In this document: positions 1 to 11,995 of the stretch, piece by piece
Position numbering within the stretch: position 1 is the stretch's first letter
Layout of the letters: each line of letters starts with the position of its first letter
Origin: Octopus vulgaris
Lineage: Eukaryota
Assembly: GCA_951406725.2 (NCBI GenBank)
Contig: OX597826.1
Coordinates: forward strand, 22,010,001-22,074,000
Reading direction: 5' to 3'
DNA: 64,000 bases
Made by a program: the position numbers and the translations under genes
The notes under the pieces: generated by a model
Databases searched by the model: none
Seen by the model: only the letters and a program-made list of their open reading frames with translations
What the model was told of the DNA's origin: nothing

Positions 1-206
1 GAAAATATGCACACCTATGTTAAAGGTGCTGACAAGTTTGCATGACAACTATTTTGTTCCTCAAATGAAAGGCGTCACCTCTAGGACAACATTCCTCATC
101 TTATAAAATGTGGCCCCAGTAGACCCGAATGAAATCGGGTTATATTAACCAACATGTGAAAAGGGGTCTAAATGGGGCTGGAAGGGGATTAAAATTTCAA
201 GGAGCG

Positions 207-495
207 GGTGTTTAGGAATTCTCTGTTACATCAAGCTAAAAAATTTGCGCCAGCCTTTTAATCGTCAATGTGTTGCCGTCCATGATAAAGAAGTTTTGAA
301 TGCTTGCAATGGTGAGTCTACTGTCGTGAGAAAGAATCACTTCAAAACTTGGTGTTTACGAATTTTCTTTTACATCAAGTTCAAAATTTTACGCCAGCCG
401 TTAAACTGTCACTACGTTGCTGTCCGTCGTTAACAAATGCCAGCCATGGTGACTCTACTATCCTCAGATTCTATTCCTTCAAACTTTGGTTTCCA
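207..495. repeat. Imperfect direct duplication, period about 144 bp
   Basis: ggtgtttaggaattctctgttacatcaag at 207 recurs as ggtgtttacgaattttcttttacatcaag at 351, and similarity continues downstream. Confidence 0.6.
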
Positions 496-782
496 ATATT
501 TTATTATTTTTATTCAGCTCGCAAGTTCGTCTGTCCCTTTTAAATGTTAGCGTTTTGCTGTCTGCCTTGAAGCAGACCTTTCCATTGCCACTGCCTCATA
601 TTTCTGATTGATCTTTCTAAATATTTTATTTCTCAACTTACTCAAGATCTTCTGTTGTTTATAAATGGGAGAGAGATAGATAAAGATAGAGAGTAAGAGA
701 AAGCGAGGGAGAGTCCGAGAGAAAAGAAAAGTAAGAGAGTGGGAAAGTGAGAGAGAAAGGAGAGAGAAACAAATACGGAGAA

Positions 783-1092
783 TCATCATCATCATCATCG
801 TTTAACGTCCGTTTTCCGTGCTAGCACGGGTTGGGCAGTGTGACCGGGGTCTCGGAAGCCAGGAGGCTGCACCAGGCTCCAGTCTGATCTGGCAGTGTTT
901 CTACAGGTGGATGACCTTCCTAACGCCAACCACTCTGTGAGTGTAGTGAGTGCTTTTTTCGTGCCGCCAGCACTGGTGCCAGGGGGCTCGCAGTGGCAAC
1001 GATCGGTTGGTGCTTTTTACGTGCCACCGGCACAGAAGCAAGTCAAGGCGGTGCTGCAATCGGCCACGTTCGGATGGTGCTTTTTACGTGCC
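783..1092 (-). mobile_element. RTE-tail retroposon/SINE fragment with (TGA)n tail
   Basis: (CAT)n followed by gtttaacgtccgttttcc...ccttcctaacgccaaccactc. The same 3' end terminates the RTE relic at 18666 and recurs many times in the window. Confidence 0.8.
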
Positions 1093-1159
1093 GAAAGGAA
1101 GCAACTGAAAGTAACACCCACACTCTTACCCGCGTGTAGAGCGGGTCACCTTCAGCTAG

Positions 1160-1525
1160 TCTTTATATATAAAAGTGAGGTTGTGTGCTATGTGTCTCCT
1201 ACGATTTAGATTCCTAACTACTCCCACATTTTGCGGTGCAGTTTAACCGAAACCGGGTATCTTATAGTCGTGATTCATATCGAGCCCTACGATGCGTCTA
1301 CGATTTAAAGAAAAATTTACCATCAATTTCCCCCATTTTTAACGCATTTTTGGCATAAGGGAAGTAACTCTCTAAAAATGTATTATTAAATCTCAGAGAA
1401 CGTAAAAAGCTACAGTAACCCCACCCCCTTTGTGGTTAACCATATTGAGATGGCTTTACATCTCTAAAAATGCTTATATAGTTATTTCCCTTACAAACCC
1501 GAGCAACGCCGGGCGATACTGCTAG
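1160..1525 (+). mobile_element. Non-autonomous Helitron-like element, preceded by another Helitron 3' end (1129-1159)
   Basis: Starts TC (tctttatatataaaag) and ends with a GC hairpin cccgagcaacgccggg about 9 nt before CTAG|T. Upstream, cccgcgtgtagagcggg...CTAG is a second 3' terminus. Confidence 0.65.
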
Positions 1526-1536
1526 TCTATATATAT

Positions 1537-1570
<34 letters not shown>

Positions 1571-1638
1571 CTAGTTTCAGCTCATGAGCTGTGGCCATGC
1601 TGGGGCACCGCCATTTGGTGTTGCTACATGGTTTTACT

Positions 1639-4600
1639 TCACGAAAGCTTTTTAGCAACTGCCATTTGGTGCATGAGAGAGTTCGATGCAGCTGCCCTCA
1701 TCTGCACCTCCTGCCGTGAAGTTGGTTCATCTGGGATACCTGACAGGAAGAGATCCAGTTTCATTTTAAAGACATCTGCATCCACCCCATGCAGGTCTCT
1801 TAGGTTCTTCGGGAGGATATTGAAGAGCTGTGGGCCTCGGAAGCCCAGGCTATCACAGTATCTTGTCCTACATCTTGATGGCAAATTTGGAGTCCTAGGC
1901 ACCACGCAGTGGCGCCCAGTTCTGGCATTTGTGTAACTCTCGATGCCAAAGTTTGGGACAAGTCCCTCCAGGATCTTCCAGATGTATATTATGGCATATC
2001 TTTCTCGCCTACGCTCCAAGGAATAGAGTTTTAATCTCTTGAGTCTTTCCCAGTAGCTTATATTCTGCATAGAGGCTATCTTCTTCGTGTAGCTACGTTG
2101 GATCGCCTCAAGTTCTGTGATCAACTTGACACTGGATGGTGACCATAACTGAGAGCAATAGTCAAAGTGGCTTAGGACAAGTGTCCTCCAGAGGACCATC
2201 ATGGTTTCTTGTTCTCTTGTTCTAAAGGTTCTGAGAATCCATCCGGCCAGTCGTCTACATTTCATTGCCAATTTAGCAACATGTACACGAAAGGTTGCGT
2301 CATCACTCATGTAAATACCCAGGTCACGCACTGATTGTGCCTCTGGGATTGCAATTCCTCCGGGTCCAGTGTATTCATTGGGTATTGCATTTAGTTTTGC
2401 ATGCTGATAGTATAAAGCTTGAAACTTTTCAGCATTGAACTGCATGCTATTCTTTTCGGCCCACTTGTATATTTTGTCCAGCTCACATTGCAGGCGTTTA
2501 CTGTCCTCAGGGTTCTGTATTGCCTGTGAAACTTTTGTATCATCTGCATAACTTGTGATCGTGGCTCTCTGCGTGGCTGAGGGCATGTCTGAGAGGGCCA
2601 TTATGAACAGTAGTGGTCCCAAAACAGTGCCCTGCGGAACACCGCTCACTATTTGCGTGTTAATGGAAGTGGCCCCATTGGCTACTACCACCTGACTTCT
2701 ATCTTTCAGAAAGTCATGAAGCCATTCTCCCAGTTTTCCAACTATGTTAAGATCACGCAGTTTGTGACATATCATTCCATGATCGACTTTATCAAAGGCC
2801 TTTGCAAAGTCGGGATATATCACTTCCACATTTGAGTGGTTGAGCAGTCGTTTCAGCACCCAGTCATAGTGTTGTAGGAGCTGAGTTAAACAGCTTCTCC
2901 CTGGTCGGAAACCATGTTGGGTGTCGGGCAGCAAGTCATTTTCTTCAAGGAAGGTGATCAGTTTCCTTCTGACTATTCGTTCCATGACCTTGCTGATGTG
3001 TGAGGTCAGAGAGATAGGTCTGTAGTTCTTGGCCTCCGCTCTGCTACCTCCTTTATGAATAGGGCATATTTTACCTCCCTTCAGTTTTCTTGGAAGTTTG
3101 CCAGCTGCAAGGAAGCTCTGAAAGAGGAACTGCAGTGGTCTTGCTAGGACTCTCTTACATACTTTTAGGAGGATTGCCGGGAATCTATCGGGGCCAGTAG
3201 CTGAGTCTGTTTTCATTTCATCTATAGCCTTTATTACATCGTCTTCCTTTATATCGATGTAATTTATCGTCGCCGCCTCTGATTTTATATCTGCAGTGGT
3301 AAAGAAGTCAGTTGGATTGGTGATTTGGAAATGCCCAAGGGGTGGAGTGAAAACACTCTTGAATTGTTCATTCAGTATTTCACTTACCCTCATTGGTTTT
3401 CCTGTGAGTGTGCCATCCTTGTCAAGGAGTGGCCCTATCCTACTGCGCACCGTAGCTGTTTCTTTGGCATACCTGTAGAAAGCTCTGGGGTTAGATTTTA
3501 TGTTGTCTATAGCCCAGGCTTCTTTGTCTGCTCTTTCCTTTTCATGGGAGAGTTGCAGACATTTTTCAATTTCCAACAGTTTTATTTTCAGGCGGGACTT
3601 TTCACTGCTTTCAATTTGTTTGTTTAGGCGATTTGAAATTTTTGTACGCCGTCTCATTAAATTTTTTCTCTCTCTGGGGATTTTGTTCTTGTGTACAGTG
3701 GCCTTTCTCTCTGGGACACATTTGTAGCATATGGCTTGCATTACAGACATGAATTGTTGAAGTTTCACGTCGATGTCCGGCGAGGAGAGACATTCAGGCC
3801 AGTTTTGTTTGAGGATCTCTTTCTCAATTTGTTTCCAGTTTGCCTTACGGTAGTTCAAGCTGGAAAGATTCTGAGGGTTTCTTGTAGGCTGCATGTCCGT
3901 GCTCTCTTTTGGCCCGTACATGGTCAGCTCTACCATGTTGTGATCCGAGAGTAGTGTCGGTGTCACTTTCACATTATGGATGAGATCCATATTATTTGTG
4001 AAGCAGAGATCCAGTGTGTTACCTGCCCTGGTTGGTTGGAGTATTACTTGCTCCATGTACAGGGTGTTGATGAGGTTCAAGAGGGACCTCGCCTGTCCTC
4101 GTTCACATCTTGTCATTCCTGGGAGAGAAAGGCCCTCGGGCCATCTGACATTGGGTAGATTTAAGTCTCCCATAAGAAGTACACTTATGTGTTGTTCTAA
4201 TGTGATTAGAACTTCTATTTTTATAAGGCAGTCTTCAAACTTGCCTACATGGCTTGGGGCATCTGGAGGGCGATATGTAGCACACACAACTACATCAAGT
4301 TGCCTTATATGTACAATTAGTGTGTCACACACCGAGTTTGAGTATGACAAAAGGACCTGGGGTGTGAGGTCCTCACGGATGTACATAGCAACTCCTCCAT
4401 GACTCCTTTCTTTTCTGTCGGTCCGTAGTACAACATACTGTGGTATGTGTAATTCCGCATCTGCTATGTCCGGTTTCAGGTGCGTTTCCGTAAGTGCTAT
4501 GCATAAGGCTTGATTGCATGCAACAAAGTCTCTCAAGAACGGGATTTTTGTCCTGTTGCTGAGTGTTTGCAGTCCTCTGATGTTCAGTAGGAGCATCGAG

Positions 4601-4740
4601 GTGAGGTGTATGTTGTTGCCGGCGGTGTCCATCTTGGGTCTGTTTGCTGTGGTGGTCTTGTATATTGTGGGTAGTCCCACCTGCGAGCTTGGGTTTGATG
4701 AAGCCAGGTTAGCTGCTGTACAATCTTTTGTGCCTTGCAC
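1639..4740 (-). CDS. LINE-A ORF2: APE endonuclease plus reverse transcriptase (open, but with changes at conserved sites)
   Basis: APE motifs [16 protein letters not shown] and SDH; RT motifs [30 protein letters not shown] and YADD. Carries YPDF, GPDRF and GDLN where copy 4 has YLDF, GPDGF and GDFN. Confidence 0.92.
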   Translation of the reverse strand: MQGTKDCTAANLASSNPSSQVGLPTIYKTTTANRPKMDTAGNNIHLTSMLLLNIRGLQTLSNRTKIPFLRDFVACNQALCIALTETHLKPDIADAELHIPQYVVLRTDRKERSHGGVAMYIREDLTPQVLLSYSNSVCDTLIVHIRQLDVVVCATYRPPDAPSHVGKFEDCLIKIEVLITLEQHISVLLMGDLNLPNVRWPEGLSLPGMTRCERGQARSLLNLINTLYMEQVILQPTRAGNTLDLCFTNNMDLIHNVKVTPTLLSDHNMVELTMYGPKESTDMQPTRNPQNLSSLNYRKANWKQIEKEILKQNWPECLSSPDIDVKLQQFMSVMQAICYKCVPERKATVHKNKIPRERKNLMRRRTKISNRLNKQIESSEKSRLKIKLLEIEKCLQLSHEKERADKEAWAIDNIKSNPRAFYRYAKETATVRSRIGPLLDKDGTLTGKPMRVSEILNEQFKSVFTPPLGHFQITNPTDFFTTADIKSEAATINYIDIKEDDVIKAIDEMKTDSATGPDRFPAILLKVCKRVLARPLQFLFQSFLAAGKLPRKLKGGKICPIHKGGSRAEAKNYRPISLTSHISKVMERIVRRKLITFLEENDLLPDTQHGFRPGRSCLTQLLQHYDWVLKRLLNHSNVEVIYPDFAKAFDKVDHGMICHKLRDLNIVGKLGEWLHDFLKDRSQVVVANGATSINTQIVSGVPQGTVLGPLLFIMALSDMPSATQRATITSYADDTKVSQAIQNPEDSKRLQCELDKIYKWAEKNSMQFNAEKFQALYYQHAKLNAIPNEYTGPGGIAIPEAQSVRDLGIYMSDDATFRVHVAKLAMKCRRLAGWILRTFRTREQETMMVLWRTLVLSHFDYCSQLWSPSSVKLITELEAIQRSYTKKIASMQNISYWERLKRLKLYSLERRRERYAIIYIWKILEGLVPNFGIESYTNARTGRHCVVPRTPNLPSRCRTRYCDSLGFRGPQLFNILPKNLRDLHGVDADVFKMKLDLFLSGIPDEPTSRQEVQMRAAASNSLMHQMAVAKKLS

Positions 4741-5121
4741 AAAAAAGATTGTTGCTCAGCAGCTGCCCTTTCAACAACATCATGTTGGCGGTTTGTGGCA
4801 CGCACCACATCTGCGTACCTCCGTTTTGGGGCAGGTGGTGCGTGGTGCATCCCTTTTCCTTTTGTTGATGGTTTGTTTCTTATCTGTTTCGTGTCTCTGC
4901 GGCAGGGTCCCCGATGTGAAAAGCGGCAGCCTGCACCTTCCTCTCCATGCCAGCAGGTACCTCTCAGGTAGAACCTACACACCCGTGTGCGCTGTTTGTT
5001 TCCATCCTTTGTGGTTCCACTTCTATCCTGGCTGTTTCACCCTTTGGTCCTGCTTGAGCTTTTCCTTTAGTTCTTTTAGTTCTTCCTCCCTCTATTTCTT
5101 CCTTGGGTTCTTCATCTCCAT
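4584..5121 (-). pseudogene. LINE-A ORF1 C-terminal remnant with CCCH finger
   Basis: CRFYLRGTCWHGEEGAGCRFSH. A 1-bp deletion near 5030 relative to copy 4 breaks the frame. Homology to copy 4 stops at about 5121. Confidence 0.85.
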
Positions 5122-5122
5122 T

Positions 5123-5560
5123 CAGACGGTTTCTGTTGCGCTCCTGCGACCGGGTGTTGAGGTTTATTGCTCGGATCCTCTACGGTTGATCGTGGGTATT
5201 TTCCGAGCCCCCTCCCCACGCCCCCGTTTGTCAGCGCGCATTTTTTTCTCGATATTTGTTGTATACACATTGCATGAGAAGTATTTAGACGGTTTCTGTT
5301 GCGCTCCTGCGACCGGGCGTTGAGTTTTATTGCTCGGATCCTCTACGGTTGATCGTGGGTATTTTCCGAGCCCCCTCCCCACGCCCCCGTTTGTCAGCGC
5401 GCATTTTTTTCTCGATATTTGTTGTATACACATTGCATGAGAAGTATTTAGACGGTTTCTGTTGCGCTCCTGCGACCGGGCGTTGAGGTTTATTGCTCGG
5501 ATCCTCTACGGTTGATCGTGGGAATTTTCCGAGCCCCCTCCCCCCCGTTTCTCAGCGCGC
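5123..5560. repeat. 163-bp GC/CpG-rich tandem monomers (about 2.7 copies), probably the 5' UTR of LINE-B
   Basis: agacggtttctgttgcgctcctgcgacc starts at 5124, 5287 and 5450. Confidence 0.9.
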
Positions 5561-5902
5561 TTTGTTTTCGTCATATTCCTTCAATATACGATGCCTTACA
5601 CCTGTTACACATATTTTTTTTCCATTTTTGCCACCTGGGCGTGGATCTATATATTAACCCATTTGGGTTTACAAACTGTCTCCGTGTCCACATGGATCAT
5701 AACTGATCATATGCACAAATCCTTTTGTATATACACACACAATATTTAAGAAAAAAAGGAATATACACAAAAAAGAACGAAACATGTGTATATACACACA
5801 CAATATTTAAGAACAAAAGGAATATACACAAAAAAAAAGAACGAAACAAAAACAAATATTTTACTTTTATCGTAATGTTGTTTACATTATCTGTCTCTAC
5901 GG

Positions 5903-6316
5903 ATGAGCAGAAGCAACAGAATCGCCGTGGTGGAATCCATAGTGGAGTGCGATAAGACTGGTCGCTGCTCCAAAATAGAACACTGCCCAGAAAATCACAC
6001 CTGCCACATCTGTACGGAACCCGAAAATACGTTCCGTAATCGCTGGGTCGAATGTGGGACATGTCTTATCTCTGTCTGCCTCCAATGTGCCACAGACTTT
6101 CAGAAGATCCCAGGCCAAAAAAAGAGCCATTATAATGCTATGATGGATGGACTCTGGAAGATGGTCCAGCTTAAATCTTGGTCTTTTCAGTGTCAGGCCT
6201 GCGTGCCTCCACAACCGACGATTGTGTCTCCCCCTGTCACTCCCGTAGAGGAGGCGGAACAGCAACATCAACAACAACAGCAGCAACAACAAAATCAACC
6301 ACAACTAGAGCAGCAG

Positions 6317-6357
<41 letters not shown>

Positions 6358-7040
6358 ACAAAATGAACCACAACTAGACAGCAGCAGCATCAACAACACC
6401 AATTGACCAGTGCGGTTCTTGCAGAACTGCAACAATCGATTTGTGTTTAAGAGGGGAAGTAGCAGGAATAAAAGCAAGCATTCAGGTAGGACTCCACAAT
6501 GACGGATCTTATTGGAATGCTCTGCTAAAGAACCTCCCTGTACCTCTTGCCGCATCTAAAAACACTGAGAAGACCGCGGATTCTGCTACCCACGAAGTTA
6601 TTGCCATTGGGGTACCAGAAGACATGCCCGATCTTCAGGCATTTGCTGCCAACTCAGCCAAAGACCTAAGCTGCGTTCCCCCAACGGGTGCTCTCCGCCT
6701 TGGACGACCTGGCCCAAAACCCAGGCTCATCAAGCTGTCTTTTTCAGACCACGCTGAGGCAACCTCATACCATCTAGCCTCAGTTAAAGCCGGGCGTGAA
6801 AATCGGACTACCTTCCGAACACGCCCAGGCTTACCACCCGATGCACGTCCGAAGCTACGTGCAGCAGCTTCCCTGAACCGGAACTCAGCGCTGCAAGAAA
6901 GTTTCAGTCTTCGTGAGGATGGACAAATCTGGAGATTTGTTAAGACTGGTGAAACGTGGAAGAGAGATACCCACAATAACCGAAAATGGAAAAAAACCCA
7001 CAGCAACTCTGGGAAACTAAACCAGAACAACATGCCATCC
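5903..7040 (+). mobile_element. LINE-B 5' part: ORF1 (PHD-like finger, polyQ, coiled coil, RRM-like), frameshifted, running into the gap
   Basis: CHIC/CGTC/CLQC/CQAC cysteine pairs, a Gln tract, then VIAIGVPE and RLGRPGPKPRLIKLSF, as in CR1/L2-type ORF1. Apparent single-base losses near 6378 and 6440. A possible ORF2 ATG sits at 7032. Confidence 0.75.
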
Positions 7041-7140
7041 NNNNNNNNNNNNNNNNNNNNNNNNNNNNNNNNNNNNNNNNNNNNNNNNNNNNNNNNNNNN
7101 NNNNNNNNNNNNNNNNNNNNNNNNNNNNNNNNNNNNNNNN
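7041..7140. other. Assembly gap (100 N)
   Basis: Run of N. Confidence 1.
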
Positions 7141-7469
7141 CCTTAAGCCATCTGCTACTACCTGTTGCTAGGCTGATACCAACAACATGAACTGTGAACC
7201 AAATTCCATTGTTATTCCTCTGGTCAGTACCTTTTATGCCTCACGAACACACAGACACAAAAACATGCTAAGACTTACGAACTCTTAAAATTTACACGAT
7301 TGTAAAATATGTAAAATAAATAATGTATATATCTCAAAAAGAAATCTTGTTGTCATTCCACTTGTGTTCTATTGCCGCTGCATGTATTATATGGTCAGTA
7401 AATACTCATTAAGAATGGGATCGCGTGCGATTGTATTCCCTATACGATACGACCGCATGTGATCCTATT

Positions 7470-8338
7470 TTTATACAGCAATGGATCACAGATTGGCAAC
7501 TGAAACTGGCTGTGGACAAGTGTACCACCATGCATTTTGGGAGAAAAAAACCCTGCGTCCACATACTCCCTCCACAACACTGATATCAAGAAATCCTCTT
7601 GCGAGCGTGACCTAGGCATCACTGTCAGCAGTGATTTGCGTTGGACAAAGCATATCTCTAAAATTGTCAAGAAGGCCGAGGGTGTCTTGGCATCACTCAG
7701 CAAGACTTTTGTTAGCCGCTCTCCAGCCATCTATTTAAAAGCTGTATACAGCTATGGTACGACCACACTTGGAATTCGCATCATCAGTTTGGAACCCCTA
7801 TCTTGCTCAGAACATTGACCTCCTGGAATCTGTTCAGAGACGTGCAACCAAACGCATACCCTCCATCAGACACCTACCATACTCTGAGCGCCTTGTTTCC
7901 CTGGGCATGGATTCACTGAAGCTCCGGTGTCTGGCGATGGACTTGGTAAACACCCACAAAGTTATCAACCACCTCACCAACAACAACACTGAACACCTTT
8001 TTGATCTCCATGTGTCCAACACACGTGGACATGCCTACAAAGTCAGAAAAAGCACAGCTACCATGACTTTCGGAAACATTTTTTCACGCTCAGAGTTGCT
8101 GAAGCATGGAACAAACTGCCTGCGTCAGTTGTCGACTTCCATGACACTGCACCCTTTAAGGCCCCCATGCTTTCCGAAATCCGCCGAAACTACACCTGAT
8201 TGTCCCCCTTCCATACTCATACACATGTGTATGTCATGACTCATGCACTGTTCTTTTCCTGACGCTTGTACATTACCCTATGTACTATACATACACTTTA
8301 TATGAGTTGTAGTGCACCTGAGCACTGTACACAATGTT

Positions 8339-8365
<27 letters not shown>
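7470..8365 (+). mobile_element. 5'-truncated CR1-group LINE 3' end with (TTA)n tail
   Basis: ERDLGITV, MVRPHLEFASSVWNP, LESVQRRATK and TRGH motifs, with frameshifts. Ends in ttattattatt. Confidence 0.85.
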
Positions 8366-8405
<40 letters not shown>

Positions 8406-9273
8406 TATACCTAATATCCTGGCTCAGTAATGTGGCACATTTTATTTGTTAAGAACACATGAAACTTCCGGTTTTTGGAAAAAATGTATTGTATTTCAAT
8501 TTCATTTTATTTTTTTGAAATAAACTAATCGACTCTTATTCAAATAAATTGAATTTCTCTTCGTTAAATTATTGCATCATTTATATGTTGATAATTTCCT
8601 TTCAATATTTTATTTTTCTGTCGATTATCTGATAAAAACACACTCGTATGTTGTGTGTGTGTATACGTGTGTCTTACACATACGCACACATAATGTATTG
8701 CATATACACACACACAGTAAGCGACAAATACAAAAATGGTTTAAATAAATTAGTAATTTATTTACTGAAAGTAATGCTTTAATATTAATTTTTAAAAAAT
8801 CTCCAATATAACAGTATTCTTTTAGTTTATTCAAGATTTAGTTGAGAAATTAATAATTTTCCGTTATTAATTAATAATAGGAAGGTGCGAGATTAAGTCT
8901 TCGTTAATATTATTTACTGCTGAACACTTGTTATTGTCACAACTTGAGAGAGAAAGGTTAGAAAATGTTGTTTTGGGTTTTTTTTAAATTAATTATTTCT
9001 TATTTTGAAATTAGATTCGGCTAGGATAAATTATAGCAACCAGTTGTTTCGACTTTAGAATTAGTTTTTTAGACATTATACTTATCTTGTTTAAAGCTTA
9101 TATGTCTTTTTTTTCTCTTTGCATGTCCCACCTCAGAATATTTCCACTCATCACCCTTAATTGATTTCGCTCATTTTAGTTTATTATAAACTCAGTCTTT
9201 TGTTGTAACATTTTTAAAGGTTCTGATATTTCAAACCTACATATATTCACTCACATAGTGAGTGTGTGTATAC

Positions 9274-9313
<40 letters not shown>

Positions 9314-11637
9314 CTTAGTGGTAAGACCATAACGAATCTATTTCTAGCATAAGGATGTCCACATAGTGGTTTCCCTCTAATATATATATATATATATATC
9401 AATGTATCTTACACTCGTATGTCTGTACATATATAATAGTTTTTGTGGCAATGTTTGTATTTAAAAAACCCACTTTAAAACAATTAGATGTTTTTGTGCT
9501 TTGGTACGTTTTTATTAAATGCAAAATCCTTTGTATAAGTGCTTAGGGGACTAAACTATTTAAAGGATTTTCATATTTCAATTAGTCATGTAACTCATTA
9601 TAGAAGTGTTGTAATATGCTTTCTGAGTTTTCACTGATATTTCAACTGACCTTTCTTTCTATATACAAAAATTTTCTATTAATATTTAAGTTCGAACACT
9701 TTGCCATTGAAGTCCACAGGCTTAGATTATCATCCTATAAAATAAACAGTCGTAATTTATTTAAATTATTGAAGTAAAATAGCGTAAGGATTATTTCAGT
9801 TTATATAAGGTTTAAACATTTTTACTAAAACTGACTACCTCACCATTTTAAATCTTAGAGACTAACTTGTCCTGACACTGTTTATGACACCTGTCAACAA
9901 CAGTCTTGTAATAATAATTCACAAAATTTAAACAAATTCTCGTAAATATTTTAATAGAAAATAAAGGTTGGCACATTCGAATATAAATTGGAAGGATTCA
10001 GATTCTAATATTTAAACTACTCTCCGAAATCTGTTGCGACATCATCTTTCTAAATTATTCTCAGATGTCTTTAACTAAAAATCATTCCATGGAGATGGGA
10101 ATATTTATTCATGAATCCGATTTCAATAAATTCGTTCTGTTAGAAAGTTCTGCTGTAACTTGATTTTGTCACACTAAACTGTCAGGTGGCCACATGTTCA
10201 TAAGAGATTATTTAGTTCCGCGCCAACTGTTATTCAGTAAACGTCTGATGAAAGGTGATTAACCCCCGTTCACAACCTCATCTAATGTGTCTTTGTAAAC
10301 AGTAGTGCTTAAGTTTGAGGAGATCTGGCTATTTCTCATATCCATGTAGAGAAAAAAATAACTCGACAAAGAAGTGGTTTTGTTCTTCATATTTGCTGAC
10401 CAACTCATTCTTGAAGCAATGGCTTCAAATGTCGAACAGTTTCGTCAAAATCCTAGAACTCCATAATGATAGATATATTTCAATTAACTGATTAATTACA
10501 AAATCATAGGTGTCATTATTAGAAATTTGCAACAGCAGTTTTGACGATTATATATATAAAGTAAGAAGTGTTTCCATTTCTGAACTGAAATTATAAACAC
10601 GTCTAGGGTTACTAAGGAGAGGAATGGTTCTTCATGTTTTATTTTGAAAAGCAAAATACTGATGACTCACTCTGTCGTTGCTCGGGTTTCTGGCGATTCT
10701 CTGCGATTATTCAAGTCATTGAAACCTTTCATGTCAACACTGTTATTCCTTTAACACTAATATATTCATATCAAAATGTCAGTGTTGCTGCTGTTTTCAT
10801 TGCTGTGGAGTATTTAAGGATATTCTTTAAATCATCATCACTTGATGTTATTTATAATGTTGGGTTAAGCGGTTCTGAAGAAATATTTCTCTTTAATTTG
10901 TCTGTTCTTTGTTAATTATGAGATCTTTTGGAAGCTTTATTTAATTCTGTACCCTGTATTCTATTTATTACCAGTTCATAAGACATATACTTTGTGGTTT
11001 TGTTGTTAACCCCACGTAAAGTCTCAACTAGTAGATCTATAATAATGACAGTCAAAACTCCATCAGACTATTTTGAAGTAATGAAAGACTACATTTATCT
11101 TGGTGTTCGTCCCTGTTTTAAACGACAGTGTTTTATTTTGATTTAAGGGTGATTTGGCTAGTATTTCTAACAGATGATTAGTATCATCTCTGTTCTAGAT
11201 ATGTTCCAACAATATTTATGGCTGCTAAAATATTTAATGATTTCTCTATTGCTGATAATCGAATTGTCCCTTAACTTGCAACACGGTACATTATTTATAC
11301 TGCATTATGGTTCTGATTCGTTAGCGTGTTATTTGAGGGTGGTTCAGCTGATCTTTCTAGCAGATGTCATAAGCTCTCCATCGTTGACTACCTCGCCTTT
11401 TAGTAGATCGTCTACTAGTGTGTCCTTTTCACCTGAGAGTGTATTTTGGCTGTTATGTCTAGCAGATCAATCCATTGTACTGAGGCTACCCCCCAGGTTT
11501 TATACCATGGAGTTTATCAAAGAAATTCTAGTCGATCAGTTTATTTAAAAATTCTATATCTTGGTCCTTTCTAAATGTTCCATGTTTGGGTAAAAAAATC
11601 AATTTTTATAAGTTTTCTTTTGTCTACATGAATATTA

Positions 11638-11995
11638 TAGGCGCAGGAGTGGCTGTGTGGTAAGTAGCTTGCTTACCAACCACATGGTTCCGGGTTCACC
11701 TTGGGCAAGTGTCTTCTACTATAGCCTCGGGCTGACCAAAGCCTTGTGAGTGGATTTGGTAGACGGAAACTGAAAGAAGCCCGTCGTATATATGTGTGTT
11801 TGTTTGTCCTCCCAACATCGCTTGACAACCGATGCTGGTGTGTCTACGTCCCCGTAACTTAGCTGTTCAGCAAAAGAGAACCGATAGAATAAGTACTAGG
11901 CTTACAAAGAATAAGTCCTGGGGTCGATTTGCTCGACTAAAGGCGGTGCTCTAGCATGGCCGCAGTCAAATGACTGAAACACGTAAAAAGAGAAA
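11638..11995 (+). mobile_element. tRNA-derived SINE with CORE-like segment and LINE-derived 3' tail
   Basis: A-box tggctgtgtgg, partial B-box gggttca, CORE-like ccttgggcaagtgtc, and tail ggcggtgctctagcatggccgcagtcaaatgactgaaac. A truncated copy lies at about 12250-12385. Confidence 0.85.

Larger units (their letters stand above)
1539..5121 (-). mobile_element. LINE-A copy 1 (CR1-group non-LTR retrotransposon), truncated or interrupted within ORF1
   Basis: Full ORF2, C-terminal half of ORF1, and a (TCAA)n tail next to (TA)n. Near-identical to the copy at 45781-51429. Confidence 0.95.

Noticed and set aside
4514-5323. 269-aa plus-strand ORF and other short ORFs antisense to the LINE copies
   Set aside because: Shadows of the LINE coding strand with no recognisable motifs.
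5123-5560. CRISPR-like reading of this array and of 34203-36306 and 37621-38312
   Set aside because: Units repeat in full with no unique spacers, there are no cas genes, and the context is eukaryotic.
7141-8365. Treating the CR1 3' fragment as the continuation of LINE-B across the gap
   Set aside because: About 330 bp of non-LINE sequence separates the gap from the RT fragment, so it is probably an independent truncated copy.
8461-8475. ACTTCCGG ETS motif as the ZC3H11A promoter
   Set aside because: A single 8-mer 12 kb upstream of the ATG with no supporting evidence.
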